The position numbers were made by a program, and so were the translations under genes. Under the pieces are notes generated by a model, which was not told the origin of the DNA, did no database searches, and saw only the letters and a program-made list of their open reading frames with translations. From NCBI GenBank assembly GCA_001662655.1, contig KV460258.1: 64,000 bases of DNA; one strand, given 5' to 3'. How positions within the stretch are numbered: position 1 is the stretch's first letter; each line of letters opens with the position of its first letter. Source of the stretch: Pseudogymnoascus verrucosus. Its lineage: Eukaryota. Shown here one piece after another: positions 46,759 to 60,380 of the stretch.

Positions 46759-48182
46759 ATGGCTCCTATCAAAAACGCTACTGAGGAAGGAACATTGGCA
46801 GACTATGAGTTGGAACAGTTTTACCCAGTGCACATTGGGGAGATAATAAAGTCTCCGACCACAGGCTACAAAATCATCGGCAAGCTGGGTTATGGGAGGT
46901 ATTCCACTGTGTGGCTTTGCCTTGAGCTCAGGTATGTATGGTAGTTTACAATCTCTAGACATCGGATTTCTATTGTTCTTTGCACCATTTAACGTGTTGG
47001 AAAGTCTCCCATTAAAAACAGTGACAATACATTTTATACGATTAAGATCGCTACTAAACACAATGGCGGCCGCCGCGAAGCAGAGATTTATGAGCACATT
47101 CAGGCTCTTGGCTCCCAGCACGTCGGATGCAAGCATGTAAGGAAGCTACTCGAAGCATTTGAGCTCCCTGGCCCGCACTACTGCCTCGTTCATAACCCTC
47201 TAGCGATGAGCGCCGACGAGTTCCAGGAAACTTTTCCTGACAGTCAATATCCACCTATAATTCTCAAACCTCTCATAAGCTGTCTCCTTATGGCCCTCGA
47301 TTTCTTGCACTCGGAGGCAGGCGTCATCCACACAGGTACGTCTAATCTATAAAGGCAGACACCTACATAAAACCACAAATAACATATATTTACCGACCCT
47401 TCTAACCTCTGGTTGACATCCAAGCCCGGAACATCCTCCTCGGCCTCGGATCTGCTTCCCCCGTCCTAGACTTCGTGGCTGCCGAAATAGAACATCCAAG
47501 AGCACGCAAAGTCATCGATGAGCGCCGCAGCATCTACTCCTCTCGGGCCCTCCCCAACACCTTCCCACCCGGGCACCCAATCCTCTGCGACTTCGGGCAC
47601 GCCATCAAAGGCTCGCCTGGAGAAAAGCACACCGCCGTAATCTAGCCCCTGCCCTACCAAGCGCCTGAGGTAATCCTAGGAATCGAGTGGGGCGCCGAGG
47701 CCGATATCTGGAATTTAGGCGCACTGGTATGTCCTATCAAGGCATAGCTACTGATGCAGCTAACGCGGTGGCAGACGTGGCAGCTCGCATTCGGATGCCA
47801 GCTTTTCACCGGGACCACTGAGGATGAGCAGCTCGCAGCCATGATCGCATGTCTCGGCACGCCGCCAGCAGATTTCGTGCAGCGCTGCTGAGAAGAAGGA
47901 GAAGGTGCGCGATATTTCGACGAGGATGGTCAGTATAGTCCCCCCTATCCCCTCAACTACCCTCTAGTGCGCGTTTCTAGGGTGATGCGTCGAGGCTAAC
48001 TAGACTCTCTGGTAGGTGTATGGAGTGGCAAAGAGATTACGCCTAACCCTATAGACGATATCCTCGAGGGGCCCGAGGTGGAGGCGTTTGTGAACTTGCT
48101 GAAGGGCATGCTGGTATGGGTGCCGGAGGAGCGCAAGACAGCAGCGGATTTGAGGCGGCACGCGTGGATGCATAGCGGATGA
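46759..48182 (+). pseudogene. SRPK-like kinase pseudogene, paralog of 21868-23411
   Basis: FYPVHIGEIIKSP, GKLGYGRYSTVWLC, GVIHT/DIQARNIL, LCDFG, YQAPEV. No AG acceptor before the DIQ exon (~47415), TAG at 47643 (I*P for IQP) and TGA at 47889. Confidence 0.88.
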
Positions 48183-48441
48183 GGAGGCGTCGGGAAGGCA
48201 TATGTTCGTGTGCGTGGTGACTGTCCGTCACGTCGCCGGTTATAATCACTGTTAGTAAAATAGATGCTCATAATCGCTAGTGACTGACCACAACAGCACC
48301 GTTTACAGTAACTGTAAGAAAGATGCATTCTCTCGGTCACTGAAGCCTGTTCATGATGGCACAGTCTATAGCTTTCCCCGGTTTTTTTCTATCTACATCT
48401 AAAATATGCACAAGTCCACTTTATTTATGGGCTAGCCCCAT

Positions 48442-50966
48442 CTAAACCCTCACAATCCCCCTCGCCTTCGCCCTCTCCTCCGGCGCAATAACCCACGTAA
48501 TCCCCTCCTCCCCATCCCTCTCCGCCTCCAGCACCTCCTCCCACTCATCCTCCTCCATATTAGCAACCATCAGCACCTGCGCACCCCTCGCAAACCCATC
48601 GCGCAGCGCGTAGCTTCCACCCTTCGCCACACACGACACAATGCCCGCGTAATCGCGCTCCATCCTCACGCCGCCCACGCCATTCACCTTGCCCGCGTAA
48701 GTCATTATGCGCTTCTCCAGCGCGCGGCCGAGGTGCGTTGCTGTGCTCTCGAGTAGCTGTGCATATGTGCCCTCGGTCATCAGGCGCTGCAGTGGGCGCA
48801 TAAGCGCGTCCCATCCTGCTTCGAAGCGGCGGGGTACCATGAGCCGGAATGCGTCATCGTCTACTTCGAGATCGTGGGCTAGGGCGACGTCGGCGAGCTC
48901 GCCGGGGGAAAGGGAGTACTCGATGTCGCGGAAGGTATCGGAGATGATGGGGCGCAGGCGCGGCTTGACGACATTGTTGAAGAGGACGGTCAGGGCTTCG
49001 TTGAGGAGCTCAGTTGTCTTGCTGGAGAAGGTCGTCTCGAGGTTATGGAGAGTGTTCTCGACGAAGACCGAGTCATGATCGAAGGGGAAGAGGTCGTGGA
49101 GCTTGCTTTCGGTCTTAGGTGCCTCATTGGGGCCTGTCTCGCTGGGCTTGAGCTGGGTTGCGATGATGCGCGAGATATACTCGTTGCTCACATCAAGGGA
49201 ATTGATGAGGACTATGAAGGCGATTATTTTGTCTTCCGGAGGGAGACCGCCTTGGACTGCTGGTTTGGGGTAGGATTCGTCCCGCATTTTCCTTTGTACC
49301 ATGCCTACGAAGTCGCTGCCTAGAACTCGACCGACTGTTGGGATAACGGACGCAATGACGTCGCGCTGTGCTGTGCTGACGCTGCGCTGCAAGACAGTAG
49401 ACACGATGTACATAACATCATCAACAGCGGAGATAATATATGGAGCCTGCCCTTGAAGCGGTCTCGAAGGGTTGAGAGATAATCCAGATGGGGTCTCATC
49501 AAGTTGGAATGCCTTCTCGACAGAGCGGCGAAAGAAGAAAGTGCTGAATATGTCGAATGGAGTTGTGAGGCGGGAGGAGATTTTCCGGGAGAGGGCAGAC
49601 TTGGTCAGAAAGGGCGGCATGGACAGTGGCGCGTTTTCAGAAGTGCCAGGTTCCTGCTGGTTGTGAGTAGTCTGAAATGCGGGATGGGTAGAGGTAGAAC
49701 TGTAGGGAGGGAAAATACCTTAGTTTTGCTCGCCAGGAAGCGGCAGTATAAAGACCATCGCCCAAGCATCATACCCGTCTCATTCAGAATCCCGTCAATT
49801 TCCTTCATATCCACACCACCCTCGTCTTCGCTTCGTCTCGGATTCGCATCTCCACCAACACCAGGGCTCGCCGTCCGCGTCGTGCCCATAGCCGCACGGT
49901 GGCTAGGTAGGAAGCTTTGCACCAGGAACGAGAATGGGTAACTCTTCACATCGGTCAGTCGCCTCTCAATACCCCTCTCATCCCCCCATGTATCTAAAAC
50001 AATGCCACCCTGGACATCCGCTTCTTGCTGGAGCCTCTCCACAACCCTCACCATGCGGCCATCACCGTAATGCCTCTCAACCAAACCTCCATGCCCATCA
50101 ACAATCTGCGCGATATGCTCAAACAATTTCGTCAACGCATTCGCATAGAAGAAGCCATCCTTGCCCTCACCCGCGCGGTCCCTATCAATCTGTTTCCCAG
50201 TAGCTTCCCTCAGCGTCGCTCTCGCGCGCTCACTAACACCACCACAGACATACTTCCCATAAACATCCAACCCCCTCTCTCCCCTCCCAATAAGCGGAAA
50301 CAGCTTAAAGAACCTCGTAACCTTCCCCCCATCCCCCTCCTTCGCCGCCTTCTCAAACTCCCTTAAGAACAACCCACACAGACTCTCCTTAGCATTCTCA
50401 AGCGTCACCGCCGGCGGGTCCGGAATCTCCACGCTCGGCACAATCCGCGCCGCGAACGCCCCTGTAATAATATGATCCGGAATCTTCGACGCTCGAGCCA
50501 AATACGACGCGGCTGCCTCCCAATCCTGCGGTGCGCCCATGGAACCCATGACGCCCTGAACGCATGCCTTTAGCTCGGCGACCTGCTCGACGACGCCCAG
50601 CGTCTCCTCGACTCTTGTCTTCTCCAGGTCCAGCGCCTTGACCTTGCTGCTCAGCCCGGCTGCAGAGCGCGCAGCGCCGTCAAGCATCCCATGGCTAATG
50701 CTGCGGGAATTGACAACTTGAGTGCCAAGGTGGGCGCGGAGAAGGTCAAGACGCCCGAGTTCGCGCGAGAGATCCGCCTGCGAATTGAGCAGCGTGCGCA
50801 GCTGCGTGGTGATATGGGAGTCGCGGGTGTGAAGGGCGGCGAGGGAGGCTCGGATTTCGGCTACGGTGGAGGATTCGTAGAGATTCGGGGGTGCTTTGAG
50901 AGAGCCGTCTGAGGGGGATTCGGCTGCGCCATCTCTGTCGCCGTTGGTGAGGATGAGGGGAGACAT
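48442..50966 (-). CDS. COG4: Conserved oligomeric Golgi complex subunit 4
   Basis: ELKACVQGVMGSMGAPQDWEAAA, TRFFKLFPLIG, LTKLFEHIAQIVDGH, LQQEADVQGGIVLDTW, FFFRRSVEKAFQLDE, VDDVMYIV; one intron ~49653-49718. Confidence 0.93.
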
Positions 50967-51239
50967 TGGAGCTGTGGGGAGGTGTGAGGGGAGCTCCGCG
51001 AGAGGTTAGGGACGTCGTGGTCAATTCAAGCTTAAGCGAGGCTATATACGAGGCTGAGGGGTAAACCCCACAAGGCTGACAGGAACAGTTCCTGTAAACA
51101 AACCCCTTTCCTCCTGTAGTCATAGAGATTTCATAAATAGTCGCACATTTGAATCTACTGCATTGTTCATTCAATGGTATATCGCTTTTCTAACGTTATA
51201 TATACAAGATTTTCCAATGCTATGATCGTACAACTCCAG

Positions 51240-54200
51240 CTACACAAGCTGGCTGTATCCTCCAATCCCCCTCTTCTTTTGGCTCTTATACCACTTTCGT
51301 CCTTCATCAACCCAAAATACACTGCTGGTTACCATTACCAGCGATATCAAGTCAAAGATTCCGAGTGCCTCGGTCTGGAATACTTCCTGCAGCCACGGAA
51401 AGTAGATAACCATTAACTGGCCGATCAGTGACAGGCTTACAGCCCAGTTAAATAGAGTGTTTGAGAACAAGCCAATCTCGCCACGCAGAACCGATTTGGA
51501 TTCCGAGCGGCAAGAGAGGGCGTTGAACATGTCAAAGAGCACAAAGCAGGTAAATGTCATGGTGGTGTCGCGCTTCGAAACGGCACCGTCGAGCATCTCG
51601 TGAGTGTAGACTAACATAGTGCCAGCCATGATGATAAACGCAGAAGTCAAGACGCGCTGGATAAGAGTCCTTGTTAAGACTGGCGCGCCTTTGCGCCGTG
51701 GTGGTTGAGCCATCACATCGGCATCGACAGGTTCAACGCCCAATGACTGAGCAGGTGGACCATCCATGATGATGTCTAAGACATTGTTAGCATTGTGTCA
51801 AATGTAAGGGTCGGAGGATACTGACTTATCCAGAGAATCTGCATCGCGTTTAGGGGTGTTCTATACCCCAAACACGTGCAGATAAAAACCAAGCTCAGCG
51901 CCGCGGCGCTGGTGCTCAGTTGAAATGTCAAGAAATTTTGAACATTTGAAAATATGCCCTTTCCTTCCTCAATTGCATGAAGGATGGTCGAGAAGTCGTC
52001 GTCGGTAAGAATCATATCCGCAGCCTCCTTAGCGACATCCGTGCCGTGTAGCCCCATGGAAATTCCAATGTCGGCCTTCTTTAGCGCAGGTGCATCATTG
52101 ACTCCGTCACCGGTCATAGCAACAATATCTCCGCGAGCTTGAAGCGCGCGAATAATCTTGAGTTTGTGATCCGGGCTCGTCCTGGCAAAGATGGAAGTGC
52201 TGCCAATTGCCCCTTTCAATTCTTCATCAGTCATGTCATCGATCTCATTGCCCGTCAGGACAGGCTTAACAGTAACAGAGCTAGAAGTGTGATGCCTCGG
52301 AGCTGCAACGGGCATTCCTAGCTTCTTTGCGATTGCCACGGCCGTTGCCTCAGCATCACCTGTGATCATAATGACTCTAACACCGCCCTTCATGAGCGTG
52401 CTAATAGACTTAGTCACACCGTACCTCGGGGGGTCACTCATGCCCACAATTCCTGCAAAAGTGAGCCCGTTATACACATCATCATCGTGTGTTGCAGGCG
52501 GGTGAGGTCCTGACGCGGTCTTGGTCATTGGTGTGTTGCTCCGTGAAGACGTTGCGGACAGTCTAGCAGATCGCGCAACTGTACCACTTGCAAATGCCAA
52601 AACCCGAAGGCCCTCCGCTGCCAGCTTCTCCGCAGCTTCTAAAGCCTCCTGTCTTCGTGCCGAATCCAAAACGATTTCGCGACCTTCACTTGTAACGTAC
52701 GTGTCACATCGACTAAGCACTCTGTCGATGGCCCCCTTCATATATGCGACTTCTCGCTCGGAAGAATTTGCATCTCGGCCACGGTCGCCGGGAAGAGTGA
52801 CGCCCATCCATTTTCTCTCAGAGCTGAAAGGAGTTTCTCCGAGGCGGTGCCCTAGAGCATCTCGGATATCAGACTCTTTATAGCGGTCCACAAGGTCCAT
52901 CATGGCAACATCCGTGGGCGCACCAACCCATCGGCTCCGGAGAATGTCTGAAGGCGAATGGTTACTTTGAGTAGACGAAAGAACAGCTCTGGATGACGCC
53001 GATACCGAGGCCGTATGCAGATTTGTCACTCGAGCATTATTTGCAATGTTGCCAATGCGAAGAATGTGTAAAGCAACAGAGTCTGGCGAGGACTCGGAAT
53101 CGTCCGTCTCTACGTCCAACACTTTACGTGCGCCAAAATACCACATCTTTGTGGTAGTCATATGATTCATAGTTAGGGTACCTATTACGTGTAAGCCGTT
53201 GTCAGAATCAATTGCTATGCGAACGAAACCTTACCTGTCTTATCACTGCAAACAACGTTGACAGAACCCAAGGTCTCGACACTGGGTAGTCTTCTAACAA
53301 TGGCATTGTGGCGAGCCATGCGATGAACACCTAGAGCCAATGTCACCGTGACAATGATGGGCAAGCCTTCAGGGATAGCTGCAACAGCGAGCGATATGGA
53401 AATGGTGAAGATATCAAGGATCTTCTTTCCCTGGAACCAGCCAACAACTGCAATCAACGCGATAAACACACCGGATGCTTGGCTAAGTTGGGCACCTAAA
53501 GCATCCATGGAAACCTGGAGGGGAGTGCGAGGGCTTTCAGTTTCAGTGACACTGGCAGCGATTGCGCCGAAATGGGTTTGCCCCCCAGTCGCATAAACGA
53601 TTCCTTGCCCGTATCCAGACCTCACAAGTGTTCCCATATAGGCAATGTTTGTACGATTCGATGACTGAGTATCGGGATCTGTGATTTCTGGGCCATTTGG
53701 GTGAGGCTGTGTGGCTGGTTGTAGGTTGTACCCGTAGCTGTTCGCCCTCGAAGGGGACCTGGATGGGACTGGTCGTTTCGCATCTGCCATAACTCGGACA
53801 GGTTCGTTCTCGCCAGTAAGGTTAGACTCGTCGATGGTTAAATCTGAAGCTTTTGTGACCCTGATATCAGCTGGTATGCGATCACCAGTCGTGAACAACA
53901 CCAAATCTCCTGGCACAAGAGTTGACGCCATTACTTTCGTGGAGGCCTGTTCGACAGCTGTCTCATCCTGCAAATCCGTCGCCATTCCGTTGTTTGTGAC
54001 ACCCTCGTTCAGGGGCGACCAGGCAGCTGTTTGTTGTCGTGGTTGCTCCGCCCGAATGAGATGTGCATGGTTGGGAACCAAATGATTCAATGCTTCGATG
54101 CTCTTCTCGGACCGGTATTCTTGTACAAATGCTACAGCAACAACAATCGTCACGGCAATGCTGATGCTCAGCGCATCGTCCTTATTCCCGACAAGTAATG

Positions 54201-54646
54201 ACAGCCCCGCGGAGCAGAGAAGCAACACGATCATGGGCTCCATGAATTGTTTGGCGAACCGAAGCCATAATGGCTCCGGCGGCGCATGAGGTAGTTCGTT
54301 TGGTCCATGGTCTTGTAATCGTCTGAACGCTTCGGAAGTGGGCAAGCCATGGGTGAGGCTGCTCTGGAGCCTGGCGGCGGTTTCGGCGGGCGTTAAAGTC
54401 GCATAATCGTCTGCTATAGTCTATAATTGATTAGCTTCTGAGCTTCGTACTGTGCGGACGCCTAGTCCTGACTCAACCTACCTTCAATACCGAGGATGGA
54501 GAGCGAGTGTGGTGGCGTGTTGGCTGTGAGCGCTCTCGGTAAGGAGTGTATGGGTCATCGCCCTCTGTCTTTATAATAGGGATGCTCTGGAGAGGGAGTA
54601 GAGGCGCCCCTGGACTCCCAGATCGCTGTAGTCGTGCCCAGGACAT
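51240..54646 (-). CDS. PMR1: Golgi Ca2+/Mn2+ P-type ATPase (SPCA)
   Basis: [16 protein letters not shown], phosphorylation site [74 protein letters not shown] at 54646; three introns. Confidence 0.96.
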
Positions 54647-55874
54647 CTTCTATGACCCGGCAATCCTTCTTCTGTTGCGCGACCAGCAAGGCCTTGCTGT
54701 CGTTGCCCGCAGCCTTGTGCTAAGACATGCGACACCTTAACCGTATGTAGGATCGAGAGGGACAGAGTGGCGGAGAAAGCTTGGGTGGATTGGGAGAGAT
54801 GTCAATGGATGTTGATGCTACATCAATTGCAGTCCCAGTATGTTCGGCTATTGATTGACGTCGTCGTTGAAGGTGATCGTGGGCCTGGGCTCATGAGCAG
54901 GGTACGTGGCCAACTCCAACAATTTCTAAACAATACTTGGAGCTTTGTCGTTCTGACGATCAGAGACCGACATGGACATGGGGACGGGGCGTGGAGAAAG
55001 AGATCCGCCTCGAACGTGACTACCAGCCAAGGGGTTGCTTAGTTGGGTAGCTTCTGTAGTGTATAGTAAGAAGAAAGAAGAACACAACAACGCGGTTATG
55101 TGCGTATAAAATAAAATAAAATAAAATAAATAAGGATACGTTAAACAATACACAGCAACAATGAGGCTGTGTTACGAGTATGGTTGCTGCTTCGTACACA
55201 AGAAATTTATATATATGGGAAGCCAGGACCGAGACCCTTCGGACACATATTCAATTGCACAGTGATGATGGAAATATGGCGGGAGGTAAATTAATGTGTA
55301 ACTTGGTGCGGAATACATGCTGGAAACCCCTAATTTGGATCTATAATATCTCGTTTTAGCTAGACTACTCATAAATAAGGAAATAGTTCTATAATAGTTC
55401 TATAATAGTGCCATATTCGGCTAGTCTATGATTCACACCCACGCCATTGATCTGGGGCACACCCCCAGCCACTCCTCAATGCCTGAGCCACAGGGAGTTT
55501 ATTAACCAACCGCCCAGCCTCTCGCATTCTCCCCCTCCAGATTCAGATGTTGCGCCTAATCCGACACAACACCCACCGCACCTTCATACCGCCAACCACA
55601 TCACCACCAACAACAACTTGCGACTTTTGCTATTGCTGAACCTGTCGTCGCATACAGTATCTAACAAAGAGAGCGCGACAATCGCTTCACTATCTTCGTC
55701 GCGACTGCATACACTCGTCGCTTCCTGGGATCCGTCATCGTCCGCGACGCGCTTGCAAATGAAAACAACAAACTGTCGCGTCTAGCCAACTCCACATATC
55801 ATCCCGACATCCCGAGGGTGCTACCACCCATTGCTCAAGACATCTATAGCCCATAGCATATACCGACAACAGTA

Positions 55875-57891
55875 ATGTTTTATTCGGAGGCTCTCCTGTC
55901 GAAGACGGGGCCTCTGGCTCGCGTCTGGCTGTCGGCCAACCTCGAACGCAAACTTTCGAAAACACACATTCTGCAATCAAGCGTCAAGGACAGCGTAGAT
56001 GCTATCGTTAACCCCGGCCAGGCGCCAATGGCCTTGCGTCTCAGCGGCCAGCTTCTTCTCGGCGTGGTGCGAATTTACAGCAGGAAGGCGCGCTATCTTC
56101 TCGATGACTGTAATGAGGCATTAATGAAGATTAAGATGGTATGTCTTGGTACCTCCAGTTATCTAAACGACACCTACTGACACCTCCCAGGCATTCAGAA
56201 TCTCCAGCAACAACGATATACCCGCTGGACTTCATATGCCTTCGCGCGACACGCTTCTGCTTCCCGATGTCCTGACTGAAGGTGATAACCTCGAGATGCC
56301 GCCACTGCCGGATGCATCCTTCTTATTATCGCAAATGGAGGATGACACTCTGAATACACCACGCAAGCGTCGCGCAGGAAGTATCAACCTACTTGAAGAT
56401 TTCAACCAAAGCCAATACCTCCAAAACAGCATGGTCGAATCACAAAAATACCCAGACGATGAAGTTATCATGGCGGATGACCTCGATCTGGACCTAGATT
56501 TCGGAGAGGACATCGATCTACGCGCCGACGGAAGCCTTGAAATGGGTCGTGACGCCCCTGCAGAGCGCGAACTCGGTGATGATATCGGAGACACCCAACT
56601 TGATATCTTCGGCAAAGACACCACCCTTCTCGGCCGTGATCGACAGCAATCCGTTCAAGTCAGCATTGCGGGTGACGACGATGGATTCCACTTCCAAGGC
56701 GACGATGGAGATATCAACATGGGCGATGCGGACAACTTCCCCCTCGGCGATGAGAGTCTTCACATGACCGCTCTTCCTGGCCGTGAACGCATTTCAGAGT
56801 CACCGCTCTCCGATATCGACCCCGAACAGGAGCGTGAGATGCTAGAAGAACATGCGCGCAACGAAGAATCTGCTCTTTTTGAGCCAATCGAGGAGACGGA
56901 GACATCTATTTTCAGGGAACCCGCTCAACGTGCCCGAAAGCTCAAGCTTCTCAAACCCGACGAAGACACTATCATCCCTTCAGCAGTTATCAAGGCCCAG
57001 CAACAAGATCGATCTAAGATCCTGCGTCCCGAGTCTTTCCTGCCAAGAGATCCTACTCTCTTTGCCTTGGTTGAGATGCAGCGCAACGGCGGTTTCGTCA
57101 GCAACATCCTCAGAGACGGCCGATCTGCTGGCTGGGCACCCGAACTCCGTGGCATCCTCTCCCTCGACGCCATCCTATCTTCGCGAGCCCAGAAGCGCAA
57201 GCGCGATAGCGGCATCGCAGATATGTCCGGCGATGAGGACGAGCACGCAGCCAAGTCACCGCGTTTGCAGCTAGACCTCGATCTCGGCGAGGAAGACGCC
57301 TTCGGCAACATCAGCGCCGCAGCCGGATTCGGCGCTGAGTCGCAAGCAAACGGCACGATCCTTGAGATCCCCGCTGATGATGGATTCGTACCAATGAATG
57401 ATGATGACGACAACTTCGGACGTCCAGACTCCCGCGGCAGCGAACGCGAAAGAGATGGCAGCGAGGACCCCGAGCAAAACTTCGACGAGACCAGAGCGCC
57501 TCTCGTCCACCCCGCCGACTCCGGCCCAGTCTCCCTAGGCACCACCCACGCCGTGCACCTGCTTCGCGACCGCTTCGGAGCCGAAGCCGCCAACAGCCCA
57601 GAGAAGCGCAAGAAGGCCAGCGTAATGTTCCAAGACCTGCTTCCGGAACGTGGCACGAGCAAGGCGGACGCAACGAAGATGTTCTTCGAGGTCCTGGTGC
57701 TCGCCACCAAGGATGCGGTCAAGGTCGAGCAAAGCCAAGGCGAGCTCGGAGGACCGATACGCGTGAGGGGCAAGCGTGGTCTCTGGGGTAGCTGGGCCGA
57801 GAGGGAAGCTGGTGGCGAGATCGCCGAGGAGCTGGGAGATATGGATCAGATCCTGGAGCAGGCGAGGGGACTCGTTTCTGTTGATGCATAG
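55875..57891 (+). CDS. RAD21: Cohesin kleisin subunit Rad21/Scc1/Mcd1
   Basis: MFYSEALLSKTGPLARVWLSAN...LRLSGQLLLGVVRIYSRKARYLLDDC; ExxR separase-type site LEMGR; C-terminal KADATKMFFEVLVLATKDAVKVEQ; intron 56139-56190. Confidence 0.96.
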
Positions 57892-58337
57892 ATGGCTGCT
57901 TTCAGGGAGGGTTCATTTCTTACGGCGACTATGGGGGTAGCGTGGAGGGAGGAGGCGTTCTGGGATTTGGGTGTATGAGTATGAATTCCTTTGTTGCTCA
58001 TCGCTGGAAACGGCGTTTATGGTGGGCGGTTATCGACATCCGCGAAGATTCCAATTTTTTTTAAAAGGGGGTGTTGGGGAGTTCGCATGTGTTTTTGCAT
58101 GAGGGGCATATGAGGGGGAATGGATAGTATAATCCTGCGTGGGGTTCCTTGCGAAGGACCCTTAAATGTTATGAGAATTGCATTGATTAAGAAGATCGGT
58201 TTCATTTTGGTTCCTACTGTGATTGTGATGCAATATGACTTATGATATGGTGATACAAGGAACTGTAGCAGCTCCCTTCCATGCAATGCAAGATTACCAT
58301 ATAATTAATTACAACTAACTCACGGGAAATATTACTT

Positions 58338-59331
58338 CTACATAGCCACCAAGCCCAAGGCGAAAATAACCGCCAAAACAGTCAACCTCCCATCCATAGC
58401 CACCATCCCCGCACCCCCTCCAAGCCCATCACCCGCATTAGCATCCGGCTTGCTCCCACCAATTCCATCACCCTTATCACTCCCATCACTGCTCCCACCG
58501 TTGTCGCTCCCATCACCACTGGGCACAGAAACCTGCACCCCACTCCCATCCGTCCACGGATACTGATCCGGCGTCAACACCACCGTCTCCCCCACAACCT
58601 CCCCCCACCCCAGCAGCAGATTCGTCAGACTCTCACAAGACGACTGATTCGCGCTCTCCGAAATGCGATTCGTCACCGCAATAGGCAGGTTGAAAACAGT
58701 ATAATACTCCGTATCATTAAGCCTAAAGCTCTGGTGAATCGAGATATTATACGCTCCCCTCGCGCTCCCCCCGTCGCTCACGAGACCGGTGGCCTTGGGC
58801 TGACCGTCGCCGGAAAGACAGGCGGGCCAGAGCCAGTTCACGTGCTTGACGGTGCTGCCGGGCTCTTGGGTCATGACGATGCCGTCGGGGCTGTTGGAGG
58901 AGGTGGCGGGGAGGGCGGTGCCGTTGGCGATGGTGAGGTTGAGGCCCGTGGTGTAGGAGGTTAGGAAGAGGGTTAGGGCGTGCAGTTGGCTGGGGGCGGA
59001 GTCGGAGTAGGGGGGGAGGCCAAGCTTGCCGTTGCCGGAGACGTCGATGGCGACTTGGAGGATTTCTGGTGGGGTGTTAGTCGGGTTGTGGTATGTGAAT
59101 TGGGGGGGGGTGATATGAGAAAGGATGGAGAGCGATGAATGGGATATCCTTTGGAGTGAAGCAAATAGAGAACTTACCACCGCCGAGAGGCGTGTTGGGC
59201 TGGGGCGCGTCTACGATCGCCAGTCCAGGTGTAAAGATTTGGCCATTGATAATTGTAAAGTTATCGCCGTGTGCGGTGGCAGCGAGCATCAGCGCAGCCG
59301 CCGCTGCGGAAAGAGTCGAGGGCATCAACAT
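58338..59331 (-). CDS. Secreted, probably GPI-anchored protein of unknown function
   Basis: Signal peptide MLMPSTLSAAAAALMLAATAHG; NFTIINGQIFTPGLAIVDAPQPNTPLGG; QEPGSTVKHVNWLWPACL; Gly/Ser/Asp linker and hydrophobic C-terminal tail; intron ~59066-59177. Confidence 0.8.
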
Positions 59332-60380
59332 AGCGACTCAAAAGCTTCACGCACGCCAATTGAAGCCACTTCGAAGAGAACAATGCACAACAATAACAAC
59401 AACAGACAAAGAAGAAGAGATGGAAATGCCCGCCAAGTCAGGCACGACCAGGGGCGGCATGGTGAACTCGGCGATGACGATGTCCAAGCTTCCTTCCTTC
59501 TCGGATCCCGGCTTGGAAGGGGTCGTACATGTCATGCAATAGGTGCATGAGTTAAGTTCTGTGTTGGGTAATATGGGAGAAGGGCACTGAGAAATGACTT
59601 CATCTCATATTGACAGGGCTATTGGGGTGACTGGCTGTTTCGAAATAGAGTGGCATGAGTTAGTGGCGGAGGCCGGCCCGAAACTTCTATTGTATGGAGT
59701 TGGGGGCTGTCAATGTGGATTGGGAACAGACGATTTCTAGCAGCGACGATCAAAGATATGAAGGATCAGAGGATTTACTATTTTCATATTTAAATTTTTG
59801 AAGTGTGATAGCAGTATTGTAAACTCGAAACTCGTAGAGAGTTGTCTCGATGAATGGTGTCTTTTCTTCAAATCGCAGAAGAAATTGTCTGTGGGCCAGC
59901 AGCTTCGTATCAACCGTACATCCGAAATACATAACAGTTATTATGACTAAAACTCAAATAGTTCTAAGATTCGAATCTTCCCAGGAATCAGCGTCAGAAG
60001 GTACGGGAAAGCTGGGGAAAGCTTCGCTGATCAAACTGAACAAAACGGTCGACGTTGGCGCATGGATCGTTCAGGTTTCAGCCTTTGATGCGAGTTAAAG
60101 CCGCGTTTGACGAGTCAACTCAATTCCAAAACCTCCTAGACACATGTCTTAACATCATATACATTTCTGTCTTGGCTCATATGGAGCTCTAGTTTAGCTT
60201 TCATCAAAGTACCCAGCTTCCCGTGCCGTCGCCATACCCCCAACATTCCATTTCTTCCCAGACAGCTACCCTCTAATATCATGCACACCATAACTCGGAA
60301 TATATAATTCCAACACAATCACGTCGTTCATCATACCCAACCCAAACGCCACCTCATAGCACAATGTACTTTGCCAACAA

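Noticed and set aside
56925..57773. 282-aa antisense ORF and similar shadows over BUB1, COG4, VTC4 and MCM4
   Set aside because: Antisense open frames are expected from codon bias in conserved genes.
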